This document shows, piece after piece, positions 25,467 through 36,983 of a stretch of DNA of 64,000 nucleotides. The notes beneath the pieces are model-generated. The model saw nothing but the letters and a program-made list of their open reading frames with translations, searched no databases and was not told the DNA's origin. The stretch is from Lingula anatina. Taxonomy: Eukaryota; Animalia; Brachiopoda. How positions within the stretch are numbered: position 1 is the first letter of the stretch; each line of letters opens with the position of its first letter. The stretch is from contig CM120649.1 in NCBI GenBank assembly GCA_051362555.1, positions 682,001-746,000 of the forward strand, given 5' to 3'. A program made the translations under genes and the position numbers.

Positions 25467-28400
25467 ATGGCTGAGCTGAAGGAGTTTTTAATAGCACCTT
25501 CCCTCCAGGTGTTGGAGAAATTTAAGAAGCTAGAATTACTAGACGTTGCCCGAATGTTGGAGATAGATGTTAAAAGGTCCATGAGGAAGTACGAAACCAC
25601 AAAATTAATTGTAGAGTGTTTAGTTGATGAAGGCCTTTTACCTGAAGAAAGTCTTTCCGAATATACTGATACTCTAGATTCATCCATGGCAGCAGAAAAA
25701 ATTGAGGCAGATAAACAAATTCGTCTTGAGGAAATTCAGTTGGAGAAGGCTAAACTTCAAGCTGCTCAAGCTGAGATCCAGGCTGAGCTTGAAAAGCGTA
25801 GAATTGAGGCAAATAAAGAAATTGAAATACACAAAATTGAGGCAGATAAACGCTTCAAAGAGCTTGAATCAAAATTTGCCACTGTTGAATCTAAATTTGA
25901 TTTTAGTAAGAATGTCAGACTGGTACCCCCATTTAATGAAAATGAGGTGGATAAGTACTTTCTTTACTTTGAGAAGGTTGCTGGAAGTCTTGAGTGGCCT
26001 GTTAGTAAGTGGGCAGTCCTGTTACAAAGTGTGCTTAAAGGTAAAGCTCAGACAGCATACACTGCACTGTCTGCAGATCAATGCCTAGATTACAACGTGG
26101 TGAAGGCAGCTATCCTCAAAGCTTACGAGTTGGTTCCAGAGGCTTACCGTCAAAAGTTTAGGGGTCATAGGAAACAGGATACTCAAACATTTGTTGAGTT
26201 TGCACATGAAAAAGAAACGTTGTTTAACAGGTGGTGTAGCTCCAATAAGGTGAATGACTTTGAAAAATTGAGACAAACTATTCTAATTGAGGAGTTTAAG
26301 AGGTGTGTTCGTGATGATCTCAAGACTTACTTAAGTGAACACAGGGTTGAAACCTTAAAGGAAGCTGCTGTAATGGCTGATGATTATGTGTTGACACATA
26401 AATCAGATTATGGAAAAAAAGGTGTTAACGAGCATAGTGGTTCCAAGAATGCTCCACGGCCTGAAAATGGCCCATCAAAGCCATCAGGTCCTGTTCAGTC
26501 AAAGCCGTCAGCCTCCGGTCAGTCAAAGCTGACAGGCATTATATGTCATTACTGTAAAAAACCGGGTCATGTTATGTCAGACTGTTACTCCTTAAAAAGG
26601 AAGAAGCAAAGGGAACCAAATCCTAATGCATTTGTATCATGTTATAAGCCACATTCCACTGGATCACTTACTCCTGAAAATACTGTCTTGAAATCTGAAA
26701 TTAGGGAGGAGTTTATTCCTTTTGTATCTGAAGGATCTGTTTCATTTTGTGATCAAACCAGCCCTGTACCCATCAAGATACTGCGTGATACTGGTGCTAC
26801 TCAGTCTTTATTGTTGGAGGATGTGTTACCGTCTGATTCACATTCTGCCACTGGTGAGTATGTGATTGCGCAGGGTATTGAAGGTGGTTTTGTGACAGTT
26901 CCTTTACACCATGTTAACCTGAAATCAGATATTGTGTCAGGTTCTGTAGTTGTTGGTGTTATGCCCACTCTGCCGGTCAAAGGTGTTTCTTTATTGTTGG
27001 GGAATGATTTGGCAGGGAGCAAAGTTGTCGCGGAACCCATGGTGGTTTCTGAGCCAGTCCCGTTGTCCCAAAGTGACCCTGTGGTTAAAGAGGATCCCAG
27101 TGTGTTTCCTTCTTGTGCGGTGACTAGAGCTCTAGCCAAAAAGATGGCTGATGCCCAGAATATCGTTGTTGAGACAGAGGATGACCTTATTGACCTGTCA
27201 GCAACATTTTTAGGTCCCGTGGATGTTCCTTTTAATCATGTCACTGGTTCTGAGGATTCTAGCAAGTCAAAGGCAAAAATGTTCTTTTCTAGAAATCAGC
27301 TTGTTTGTGAGCAGGAGAAAGATCCTGAATTATCCTCATGTTTTGATAAAATTCTCTCAGAAGAAGAACTTTCGCAGGTTCCAGTAGGCTACTTTGTTAA
27401 GAATGGTGTTTTGATGAGGAAGTGGAGGCCCCCCGAAGTCCCAGCCTCTGAGGATTGGTTAGTTTTGAACCAGATTGTTGTGCCTAGAGTGTATCGGGAG
27501 GAAGTGTTGAAGTTGGCGCATGAAGTTCCCATGGGTGGTCACTTAGGGGTGAACAAAACGTGTGATAAAATCATGAGACATTTCTATTGGCCTAGGTTAA
27601 GAAAGGACGTATCACAGTTTTGTAAAACCTGTCACAGTTGTCAGATGGTTGGAAAACCCAATCAGAAAATTCCCGTTGCTCCACTCAAGCCCATTCCAGC
27701 ATTTGAGGAGCCGTTTAGTAGGGTCATTGTGGATTGTGTAGGTCCTCTGCCAAAAACGAAGTCTGGAAATCAGTATTTGTTGACAGTTATGTGCGCATCC
27801 ACACGTTTTCCCGAAGCAATCCCGCTCAGAAACATTACAGCTCCAAAGATTATCAAGGCTCTCATCAATTTCTTCACATTAGTCGGATTACCTAAAGAAA
27901 TTCAGTCAGACCAAGGTTCGAATTTTATGTCCGGTCTATTTCAACAAGTTGTATGTGAATTAGGGGCTAGACAGATTACATCAAGCGCTTACCACCCAGA
28001 ATCACAAGGGGTGTTAGAAAGATTTCATTCTACATTAAAGAATATGATAAAAACATTTTGCTTCGAGAATGAGAAGGATTGGGATGAAGGGGTCCCTTTG
28101 TTATTGTTTGCAGTCAGAGAGTCTGTACAGGAGTCGTTAGGCTTTAGTCCTTTTGAGCTGGTGTTCGGGCATAGTGTTCGAGGACCATTGAAGTTGTTGA
28201 AAGAAAAGTGGTTGCAGGAAGATTCAGAGGATGTTAGCTTGTTGGAATATGTGTCCAGGTTCAAGGAGAGATTGCATAGGGCGTGTGAGTTGGCTCATGA
28301 GAACCTTAAGTTGTCTCAGGTCAAGATGAAGAGGTTGTATGATAAAGTGGCATGTGATCGCAATTTTTGCCCAGGTGACAAGGTCTTGGTGCTGTTACCT

Positions 28401-30056
28401 ATTCCAGGTAGTCCTTTGCAAGCTAGATACCAGGGTCCTTATGAGATTCTGAAGAGGGTTAATGAGGTTGATTATGTTGTTAAAACCCCTGATCGGCGTA
28501 AAGCTACTCAGTTGTGTCACGTGAACATGCTAAAAGCATATCACCAGAGGTCAGATAAAGTTTTGCCTGTAGGTGTTGTATCAGAATCTAGCCCAGGTGT
28601 TGAACCAGAAGAAAAGTGCCCTGTGAGACTTTGCAATTCAGATATTTTGGAAAACCTCGATGCAAAGTTAAGTCATCTGTCCCCTCTAGAGTCAAGTGAA
28701 CTGAGAACATTGTTGTTGGAGTACCAGAGTGTATTCCCTGATGTGCCTAACAAGACTCACATAGCCGAGCATGATGTTGATGTTGGTGATGCAATGCCTG
28801 TAAAGCAACATCCTTATCGTGTAAATCCTCATAAAGCTGAAGCGATGGACAAAGAGGTGTCATACATGTTGGAAAATGGTATTATTGAGGTGAGTCAGAG
28901 CAGTTGGGCTTCACCCTGTGTTCTGACACCAAAGTCGGATGGGTCTGTGAGGTTTTGTACGGACTATCGAAAAGTGAATTCTTTGTCAAAAACTGATTCT
29001 TATCCCATACCTAGAATGGCTGATTGCATTGACAAGATCGGTAAAGCAAAGTACATCACAAAATGTGACCTACTGAAAGGATACTGGTGTGTCCCTTTAA
29101 CAGAAAGGGCAAAAGAAATATCAGCTTTCGTCACCCCAAAGGGTCTATATCAGTATAAGGTCATGCCTTTTGGTATGAAAAATTCACCAGCGACATTTCA
29201 ACGTATGATGAATGAGTGTTTAGCAGATATTGATGGTGTGGAGGTATACATAGACGATATTGTTGTGTACAGTGACACCTTTGAACAACACCTCCTTTTG
29301 CTGGGTAAAGTGCTTCAGAGATTGAAGGAAGCACATTTGACTGTTAATTTGGCAAAAAGTGACTTTTGTCAAGCCAGTGTGGTCTATTTGGGACCTGTGG
29401 TAGGTCATGGGAAAGTGGCCCCTATTGAGGCAAAAATTCAGGACATAGTGAATTTCCCTATACCTCACAACAAACGCAGTCTGATGCGATTTTTGGGCAT
29501 GGCTGGTTATTATAGAAAGTTTTGTAGAAACTTTGCTGATATTACCTCACCACTTACAGATTTGTTGAAGAAAAACACTAAGTTTGTGTGGTCTGATTCA
29601 TGCCAAAAAGCTTTTGGTAGGGTCAAATCTTTGCTGTGTGCAAACCCTGTTCTTCAAGCCCCAGACTTCCAGAAACCTTTTAGTTTAGCAGTAGATGCAA
29701 GTGATGTTGGAGCGGGTGCTGTGTTATTACAGGTAGATGACAATGATATTGAACATCCTGTTTGTTACTTTTCCAAGAAGTTTGATGTTCACCAAAGAAA
29801 TTATTCTACCATTGAAAAGGAAGCCTTAGCTTTAGTTTTAGCTTTACAGCATTTTGAAGTTTATGTTTCTGCATCATGTCAACCAATTGTTGTATATACA
29901 GATCATAACCCACTGACTTTTCTTGATAAGTTAAAGAATAAGAACAGAAGATTGTTGAACTGGAGTTTGTTACTGCAAGAGTTTAGTCTGGATGTAAAGC
30001 ATATCCGTGGTGTTGACAATGTAATTGCAGATGCACTTTCTCGATCATGTAGTTAA
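25467..30056 (+). CDS. Gag-Pol polyprotein: SCAN-like capsid, CCHC knuckle, protease, integrase, RT, RNase H
   Basis: Domain motifs in order: AILKAYELVPEAYRQKFR (SCAN-like); CHYCKKPGHVMSDC; protease LRDTGA; integrase H..H..C..C, D-D-E (VIVDCVGP / SDQGSNF / SQGVLERF) and GPY; RT YIDD; RNase H DAS..EKE..TDH..ADALSR. Confidence 0.97.
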   Translation: MAELKEFLIAPSLQVLEKFKKLELLDVARMLEIDVKRSMRKYETTKLIVECLVDEGLLPEESLSEYTDTLDSSMAAEKIEADKQIRLEEIQLEKAKLQAAQAEIQAELEKRRIEANKEIEIHKIEADKRFKELESKFATVESKFDFSKNVRLVPPFNENEVDKYFLYFEKVAGSLEWPVSKWAVLLQSVLKGKAQTAYTALSADQCLDYNVVKAAILKAYELVPEAYRQKFRGHRKQDTQTFVEFAHEKETLFNRWCSSNKVNDFEKLRQTILIEEFKRCVRDDLKTYLSEHRVETLKEAAVMADDYVLTHKSDYGKKGVNEHSGSKNAPRPENGPSKPSGPVQSKPSASGQSKLTGIICHYCKKPGHVMSDCYSLKRKKQREPNPNAFVSCYKPHSTGSLTPENTVLKSEIREEFIPFVSEGSVSFCDQTSPVPIKILRDTGATQSLLLEDVLPSDSHSATGEYVIAQGIEGGFVTVPLHHVNLKSDIVSGSVVVGVMPTLPVKGVSLLLGNDLAGSKVVAEPMVVSEPVPLSQSDPVVKEDPSVFPSCAVTRALAKKMADAQNIVVETEDDLIDLSATFLGPVDVPFNHVTGSEDSSKSKAKMFFSRNQLVCEQEKDPELSSCFDKILSEEELSQVPVGYFVKNGVLMRKWRPPEVPASEDWLVLNQIVVPRVYREEVLKLAHEVPMGGHLGVNKTCDKIMRHFYWPRLRKDVSQFCKTCHSCQMVGKPNQKIPVAPLKPIPAFEEPFSRVIVDCVGPLPKTKSGNQYLLTVMCASTRFPEAIPLRNITAPKIIKALINFFTLVGLPKEIQSDQGSNFMSGLFQQVVCELGARQITSSAYHPESQGVLERFHSTLKNMIKTFCFENEKDWDEGVPLLLFAVRESVQESLGFSPFELVFGHSVRGPLKLLKEKWLQEDSEDVSLLEYVSRFKERLHRACELAHENLKLSQVKMKRLYDKVACDRNFCPGDKVLVLLPIPGSPLQARYQGPYEILKRVNEVDYVVKTPDRRKATQLCHVNMLKAYHQRSDKVLPVGVVSESSPGVEPEEKCPVRLCNSDILENLDAKLSHLSPLESSELRTLLLEYQSVFPDVPNKTHIAEHDVDVGDAMPVKQHPYRVNPHKAEAMDKEVSYMLENGIIEVSQSSWASPCVLTPKSDGSVRFCTDYRKVNSLSKTDSYPIPRMADCIDKIGKAKYITKCDLLKGYWCVPLTERAKEISAFVTPKGLYQYKVMPFGMKNSPATFQRMMNECLADIDGVEVYIDDIVVYSDTFEQHLLLLGKVLQRLKEAHLTVNLAKSDFCQASVVYLGPVVGHGKVAPIEAKIQDIVNFPIPHNKRSLMRFLGMAGYYRKFCRNFADITSPLTDLLKKNTKFVWSDSCQKAFGRVKSLLCANPVLQAPDFQKPFSLAVDASDVGAGAVLLQVDDNDIEHPVCYFSKKFDVHQRNYSTIEKEALALVLALQHFEVYVSASCQPIVVYTDHNPLTFLDKLKNKNRRLLNWSLLLQEFSLDVKHIRGVDNVIADALSRSCS

Positions 30057-30106
30057 GTTTTGTTAAAAAAAAAAAAAAGTTGTCATATATTCCAACTTTT
30101 CCCTTT

Positions 30107-30117
30107 AAGGAGGGAGG
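30107..30117 (+). promoter_or_regulatory. Polypurine tract
   Basis: AAGGAGGGAGG directly abuts the 3' LTR. Confidence 0.85.
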
Positions 30118-30666
30118 TGTGACGTTATTAAGTGCGGGACTGATTTTGAGTGCGGGATGTTGGTGAACGCAAAACGTGCGTGTGAACAGTCTAGACCTTG
30201 ACAGTGAAAAACTGTATTTGAGATGCTGGAGAACGCAGCATGTGCGTGTGAACAGTTTGGACTTTGACAGTGAAAAACTGTATTTAAGACACTGGAGACC
30301 GCAACACGACCTGGACTATTTGAAGCCTAACTTAACTTACTATGAAAGGCAGCAGCACAGAATCTTAGCCTCAAGCGGAAAACGGCGCTTCGACAAATGG
30401 CAAGTCTACAGATAAGGACATGGAAAACGGTGCCTCGACAAATGGCAGTTCAACAGAAAAGGACATGGAAAACGGTGACATTGCGTCTGCAAAACTAAAC
30501 TGTCTACGAATTTGTCAAGATTTAACTGTAGTCTACAAATGTTAAAGTTCATGTAACATAATAGAATTAGTTAGTGTATGTTAGTGGTTTGTAATATATT
30601 ATTTTCATAGTTGATACACTGTTGTTTGTGTGTTTTTTTATGTGCGGGCCGTGTTGGACCGTAACA
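30118..30666 (+). repeat. 3' LTR
   Basis: Identical to the 5' LTR and followed by TSD CATT. Confidence 0.97.
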
Positions 30667-30678
30667 CATTTAGTGCTC

Positions 30679-30690
30679 AATAAAAATAAA
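30679..30690 (+). terminator. Tandem AATAAA polyadenylation signals, possibly the original GPCR-1 3' end
   Basis: AATAAAAATAAA lies 12 nt after the retrotransposon, about 660 nt after the GPCR-1 stop in the pre-insertion allele. Confidence 0.4.
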
Positions 30691-30898
30691 TATGACATAT
30701 TAAGGCAATTCAAAGCATTTTTCTTTCCCGTAGCATTTCAAGTTGTATATTTTCAAAGCCGTCTAAATTTCAACAATCCCGAAGAGCAAAGCACTATTTA
30801 ATGTGCAACAGGGCAAATTTATATTTGATCATGTCGCACGTTGACTTTGTTCCGATACCATTTATTGTCCTTGTTTTTAGTAGTCAATAATTCGAGTT

Positions 30899-33800
30899 CT
30901 AGAATTTCGTGGCATAAACGTGGTCTCCAGTACGAATTGTTCCCAATTTATCGATACCAAGACATATGGACAACGCCGGCGAGTTATCTCCCCCAGGCAC
31001 CAGACGGTAACTGAAACGAGAAAAGACGAGACATCGTGAGATTATTTGACATTTGTTGTCTAAAATAGGCACACTGACAAATTTATAACATTATCATTAT
31101 CCGTGATCGTCCTTTTAATTGACCATAACAAAATAAAAGTGTGTGCACAGCAAGCGGAAAATGCGTGTGTGTAATCTACAGGACTTACAGCTTCGATTCA
31201 GAGTGACGGTAATGTATGATTAATATTGACTTTAAAAAATATATACAAATATGAATGTCCCACAACAGATAGTGAGACCTTCATATACCATAACCTGTCT
31301 TTAATAAACAAAGAAAAGAAAATACAAATATACTTTCAAAAAAGAAAAATAATAATAAAATAGTGTAATTTTTTTTTGCAATCATGTAAGCTGATTAGAT
31401 AAAGATTTATCGATCACAGTACTTCATTTATTGGAGTTACGTTGTAAAAAGATGTATAAGTATCACCTTCTCAGTGTTCTCAAGGGCTCCATATTTTCCC
31501 CCATCTCTCCTGTATCTGGGTCTACCGTGGTTAAGATGCATTTCAGCGTCTTTTTCAAATTTCGGAATTTTGTCTGCTGGCCGATGTAAATCTCACACCA
31601 GCTGTCCTGCAGAAATAAATCGTGAACTTTTAAAAGAATCATTTACAACATGGGCTACATAAGTTAGACAAGCACTGAAAAGAGACCAAATTGATAATGT
31701 TGATGGTCGATTGCGGTCGATATAATGACTGTATAATCTATCTATATTTATTCTGTGACATGACTGTTAAATGCACAGATATTAAAAAAAAACTTGCCTC
31801 TTCATAACAACCACAGTCTTTCACCACCATATTGGGCCTGAAGTTCAACACACCCGCTTTCTTACAGTTGTCGGGCAGCCGGGAATTAACATCAGCAATG
31901 GACGCCTCGGACAGCAAACTGTACGGTGCCCAGTCCGGGAACGCTGACTGGAATGTTAATTATAGTGAATCATTTTAAGGAGCGTTATTAACAGTTTACA
32001 TTCACGTGTTCTCTTCCTGAGCTTATCGGTTTGGTTTCATATTTTGGCAACATAAAAGCGTTAATCAATCATAAATTAATTTTCCTTTTACGAATCCTTG
32101 AACTTGGATGATGTATCACAATTTTCGAGAAAATTTAATATCCCAGATAGTATGGACTTAAAAAGTGTGAAGTAATGGCAATGTACGATTTACCTACCAA
32201 GTCACTGTCTTCAGGTTTTGTCAGCAAGGGTACGGTTAGCAATGGCGGACTTTTGTTAATCTGCCTACGAGTTACCTCAGGGTGGGCGTACACTAGTCTG
32301 CACCCTGGTTTCTTAAGATAGGCACTGAACCAAGCACTGGCTTTACTACAACACTCCACAGCCTTCACAACATCACCAAATAAACTGAAAAGAAAAGTTG
32401 TTCCTGATATTTTCCTTGAAAGCGTATCTCTCTTTCTCTCTCCTCTCTCTCTCTCTTTTTCTCTCTCTCTCTCTCTCAAACGCACACACACACGAGCGCA
32501 AACACACACACACACACACACACTGTGACTTTCATCCAGTAGTTTTGCACTCCACAATATCTTCATTGTGCTGCCGCTCGTGTTCAAAATCAACTGATAC
32601 AATTTAACATATACATAAATTAGCGATGGTTTTATTAATTCGAAATAGGTACAAGTAATTTTAATTTGTAAATACAGTGAAACCCTCACGCTTTTTTTTT
32701 TGCTAAAATACCAGTGCACTTTGACCCATAATAAATCAGAATAAGAACAACTAGTTAAGATGTTGCACCTATTTTATAACGAGAAAGATATGACTCGTTC
32801 TGCAGACAACCAAGTAAGCCTACCTAGTTTAAGCATACTATTTCGGGTTCATCTTCAACAGATGTACTTCAAATTTTTTAAAAATCGTGAAGACCAACCT
32901 TTGGGTTAAAATTTGTCCCCAGTGTCCCATGTACTTACTCAGTCTGTATCACCTGACCAACTTCTCCAGGCCCACGTGGTTTTAACGTCAGCGTCTCCAT
33001 ACCCGGCGCGTCAAGGCAGAGAGCGTTGTCATGAATACTTGGCTTCACTAAAACAAGGCGTGGACATTTCCGTTGAGTAATGAGCTTGTTGTTCTTGTCG
33101 ATTAGCATCCAGTGCCTATGTAAATGAATTACCTGACAATATTTAAAGCAATATAACAAAGGTGATTTGTATAAGCAGTAATCTTTACTTTAATCGTGAA
33201 TTATGGAGCATTTTTCCGGGGGGGGGGGGGGGGAGGGGGGGGGGAGGGGGAGAAGATTTATTAGGATAGATTTTAAAATGCAAACATGACTGATGTTTAC
33301 ATTTGAAAAGTTTAGATTCAATAAGAAATTATATTTAGAATACAGCGGTATGAAATAAAAAAGTATATTCACTAAAATCCAAAATACCGATCAGAAACGC
33401 AAATGAAGACCTTATTTTCGGAACTGGCAATGGCTCTCTATCACCTCGAGTTTCAGACAACAAACGCCGACTTGCTTCTATCATTCGTTTACTATCACCA
33501 TGAATTTCAGAGTACTACTGCTGCCTCTTATACCTGCATACTCTTCCCATCACTTTCACTCCTAAATTATTTGGCAGGTAATCAGGAAAAAAAAACTAGT
33601 TTTCCCAAGGCAACGCTGTCAACAGCTTGAGAATGTTCTCATTACCCAAATGGTTTATATGAATAGTAATGAATTTCACCCCTTGACACCAGTAAGAAAA
33701 TGAAGACGGATTCACGCTACTTGTTTGTGAAATCTTGCTGTAATATTAGGTCTCAGCATGTTCATATAAGGGGTGCATATAAGCGAAACTGGGGGTACGT

Positions 33801-35238
33801 GCAAGAGAGAGTCCTTCCTCCATTGTATTGTGACAGGAATCTGTAGAGCGTGGCAAAATCTAGCTGGAACGGGGCTCACCCGTAACTACCAATGGGACAC
33901 GGAGTATCAAGGGGGGGTTCTTCGGCACATGACACAGTACTCATCAGCAGATGGCGGGGCGCACAAGTATTGCATAATAGCAAGACAGTGAAGGTAATAG
34001 AGAACTATTAAGTGATAATTTCACCCTTTTAAATGACATAAAAATTCTAATTGGACAGGTAAATGCAAATTATAGAATCCTTTCTGCCCTTTCTGCGACG
34101 AATGAATGAGTTGTTGTTGACTGTGCTATCAAATATCTCAGCTCCTCATTTCAAATAGAGTTGCATGTTATTTCGACACCTTTTTAGAGGCGTAACAGGA
34201 ATGGTAGTCCGCTAGAAACCGTAGTCCGTTACCCATTACTTTATACAGGTGACATTTGTCCCATAATTTAACCCCAATACCCAAACTAATCCTAACCTGT
34301 ACTAATCATATGGGACCCCAGACTTCCATTCCTACCGGGTAGGACTACCATTCATGTTGCACCTGTATGCACCATGTCTTTACGCATGTAAGTGTTGATA
34401 ACTTTTAAATGACGGTCAGCTAGCCCATCTACCCGGATGCTTGAGGAGGCGAATCTTTTTCTCTCACCTCCTCAAGTCGCACACTGTTAAAAAACCAAGA
34501 AGTTTTGCCGCCAACAGCTTGTTTTAGATCTGTAACCTTTAAACACATAATAGTTTATCTTCATATGGATCTAGATCATTTCACAAACTACAGTGTGGAA
34601 AGATTATTGGAAATTATTTTTGGACAAGCGAATGTTATGCGCTTTGGGCTGTTGAAAAAGTAAAAAGAAATCAGTCATTCACCGGCCTTTACAAAGGCCG
34701 TTGGAGGGATAACGACTGTTCGTCTAAGATTCATATTCCACAATAAAATCAACTCATAGAAATATTTTAAAAATTCAATTTCACCACGAAAACAGGGGTT
34801 ATCGCAATTATTGTGGAATCTGTGCTTGCTATCAGACCAAGTGGACTTTCATAGATGGCTATACCTCCGTAATGAAAAAAAAAAAAGATCCATGGATTAA
34901 CCTTGAATGTAGGTTTGGATTCACTAAATATTGATAATTATGAAAAAATGCAGTTTACCCCCGGATTTATCTTTTTTGTGGCCAACATTAGCAGTTGTCT
35001 CTTTAACATACCTATCGGAGACGTGACCACACGTCACCCCCAGCTTAGAACATTCCACTTGGTCCACCTTTACCCCTGCACAGGACTTCACTGGGTAGAT
35101 ATACAGCTCTGAGATTTCTCCCACGTACTGCAAACTTTTCTGCCTTTTCCTCCAAGTGAAGTAAGAAAAAGCAAATTTTATGAAAGATCCTGTCACTAAA
35201 GCAGCAAAAAGTGCAGCCTCGTCCCATCTCCCTTCCAT
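30899..35238 (-). CDS. MTARC: Mitochondrial amidoxime-reducing component (MOSC-domain molybdoenzyme, ~330 aa, 6 exons)
   Basis: N-terminal TM anchor, LYIYPVKSC, DR.W, FPD, NFRPN, EEDSW, CILTTVDPDTG, EPLRTLR.YR and G.IR.GD.V. Exons 35238-35012, 33115-32939, 32384-32198, 31947-31798, 31606-31467 and 31010-30899. Intron 4 has a GC donor. The exon 3/4 junction could alternatively be 32194/31943. Confidence 0.9.
34188..34364. mobile_element. MITE family B, copy 2 (mARC intron 1, inverted)
   Basis: Reverse-complement homologue of 24326-24518 (ACAGGTGACATT, CTAATCCTAACCTGTAC, CCCAGACTTCCATTCCTA). Confidence 0.7.
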
Positions 35239-36983
35239 TGCGGATACTAGTGTGTAAATTATGCTCGTTTTTCTAACATTAACCTTATGAGGGCAGGGTG
35301 TTAACGTCTGCGCAAGCGTTTCAAATCTAGGTCAGGTCAATGGCCAACATGTATGGTAGGGGACGGCCATTCCCGTAGATATTCGTAGTCAGTCCTTGTA
35401 AATCTTGATCAGTCACCAACTGATTACGATTCAACCACGAATCCTGAAATTTGTCAATTCCTAGCGATTCGTGGGATTCTTGGTCTGTGTGAAATAGGGG
35501 CATTAACCAGGCACAAACCGCGAATCATTAGCGAATTCACTTAAAACATAATCGACAGCGTTGGTGTAACCCTGGTCCCCGTAACTCAAGCGGCTGACTC
35601 CATAACTCGCCCATACTCGTCCCATATAATACATTGTAGCCTCTATGTGATATCGCTATTCGCAATACGCGATGCTTTCGAGTTACGGGTCCCTGGTTGT
35701 TATATCTCTCCCAGTTGCAAATCAAAAGGTAAAGATAGACCAGCCTGTTCATACCTATTCCATTGAAAATATGATGAAAGCGAATGCAAAGTATGTTTTA
35801 ATTTATTCATCTCGTGATACGTTTAAAAGCAAATTTTGTCTGACAGTGTGTTCCCATACCTACATGGTTCTAACAGTATCGATCCATCTCCGAGAGGTTT
35901 CTCCCTTAATTGCTTTCAACTTAAGCGGCTTAGATGTCTGGCACGCCTACTGAAGCTGCTAAACGACAATTAATTTCCCCTTTGCAGCCTCAGTAGTCCA
36001 GGGAATACCGATAAGTTTTATCAATTAGCGGACTACAACTGCACTTACATGTAGTTGCTATCTGATGTAGACCTATTTTTCGCTTAGTGTATAAACCTAC
36101 GTAAAAATCCCATAAGAATAATAACAGTTCCGCCTTAATTCATCACTGAATGTCATATCACATCAGCCTGTTCGTTTTTCTATAAATCTTATAATAAACT
36201 TGTCGGTGTTAAAGAGCTGTAGGGCTGTGTAACAGAGAGTTTGCCTACATTAGATTCATACCGGTTAGTGTAAGCATGACGTAGGCACGTTTCAATCTAG
36301 GACGCGGCTTTCCTCTACAAATCAGTGGGAACCGGATGACAATCTCCATCTCGAAGTATTCATTGGTACACTTCAAGTCAGTGCAGTTTATTGTTCATTA
36401 GGTTAACTTGAGCAACATTGTGTCACACTTCGTTTGAAAAAAAAAAAAAACACTGTTACAGTTCGCACACACAGTCCCAATATCCTGTGCAAAACAATCC
36501 TTTTCATATTTCTATCTGGCTTAGAGAGATTACAAACGCAGTGGTGAATGGTTTTAAGAAATCAGAGGCGTCCGGAAAGCTTATTGCTTGGACTAACTTG
36601 CATGCACAATGTATTTTAAAAACACAAAATACTGTATTGTCAACAACTATGAACCAAACAGGCAATTAAGGTTACGGCAATTCAGAGAGATGAAGCAGGA
36701 AGTTGAAACGGCTGAAAGCCACGTGGAGATCTTATCATTGGTTATTTTCCACGCGTTCCCATGGCAACTGCAGATCGGCGAAAAGAGGAAGTTGAATGAT
36801 GCTTGGCGCTTTGGAAAGTACGAGAGAGCAGCCAGCCTCCTTCTGTGACATTTTAGATCGCGTAATGACCCTGCAAATACATCAGTCTGACAAAGATTTT
36901 GTATATCTAAATTAAAGGAGGACTTTCTTTCCATGTTTGATGACATTTGATACACAGACTGTTAGAACAGAGGGCATATTGAA

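Larger units (their letters stand above)
24838..30666 (+). mobile_element. Full-length Ty3/gypsy LTR retrotransposon, Gmr1-like (integrase upstream of RT), 5829 bp
   Basis: Two identical 549-bp TG...CA LTRs, 4-bp TSD CATT (24834-24837 and 30667-30670), tRNA-Pro PBS, polypurine tract and a single uninterrupted 1529-aa ORF. Confidence 0.97.

Noticed and set aside
25442-29468. Antisense and alternate-frame ORFs over the retrotransposon, GPCR and laccase exons
   Set aside because: Shadow ORFs of real coding sequence with no recognisable motifs.
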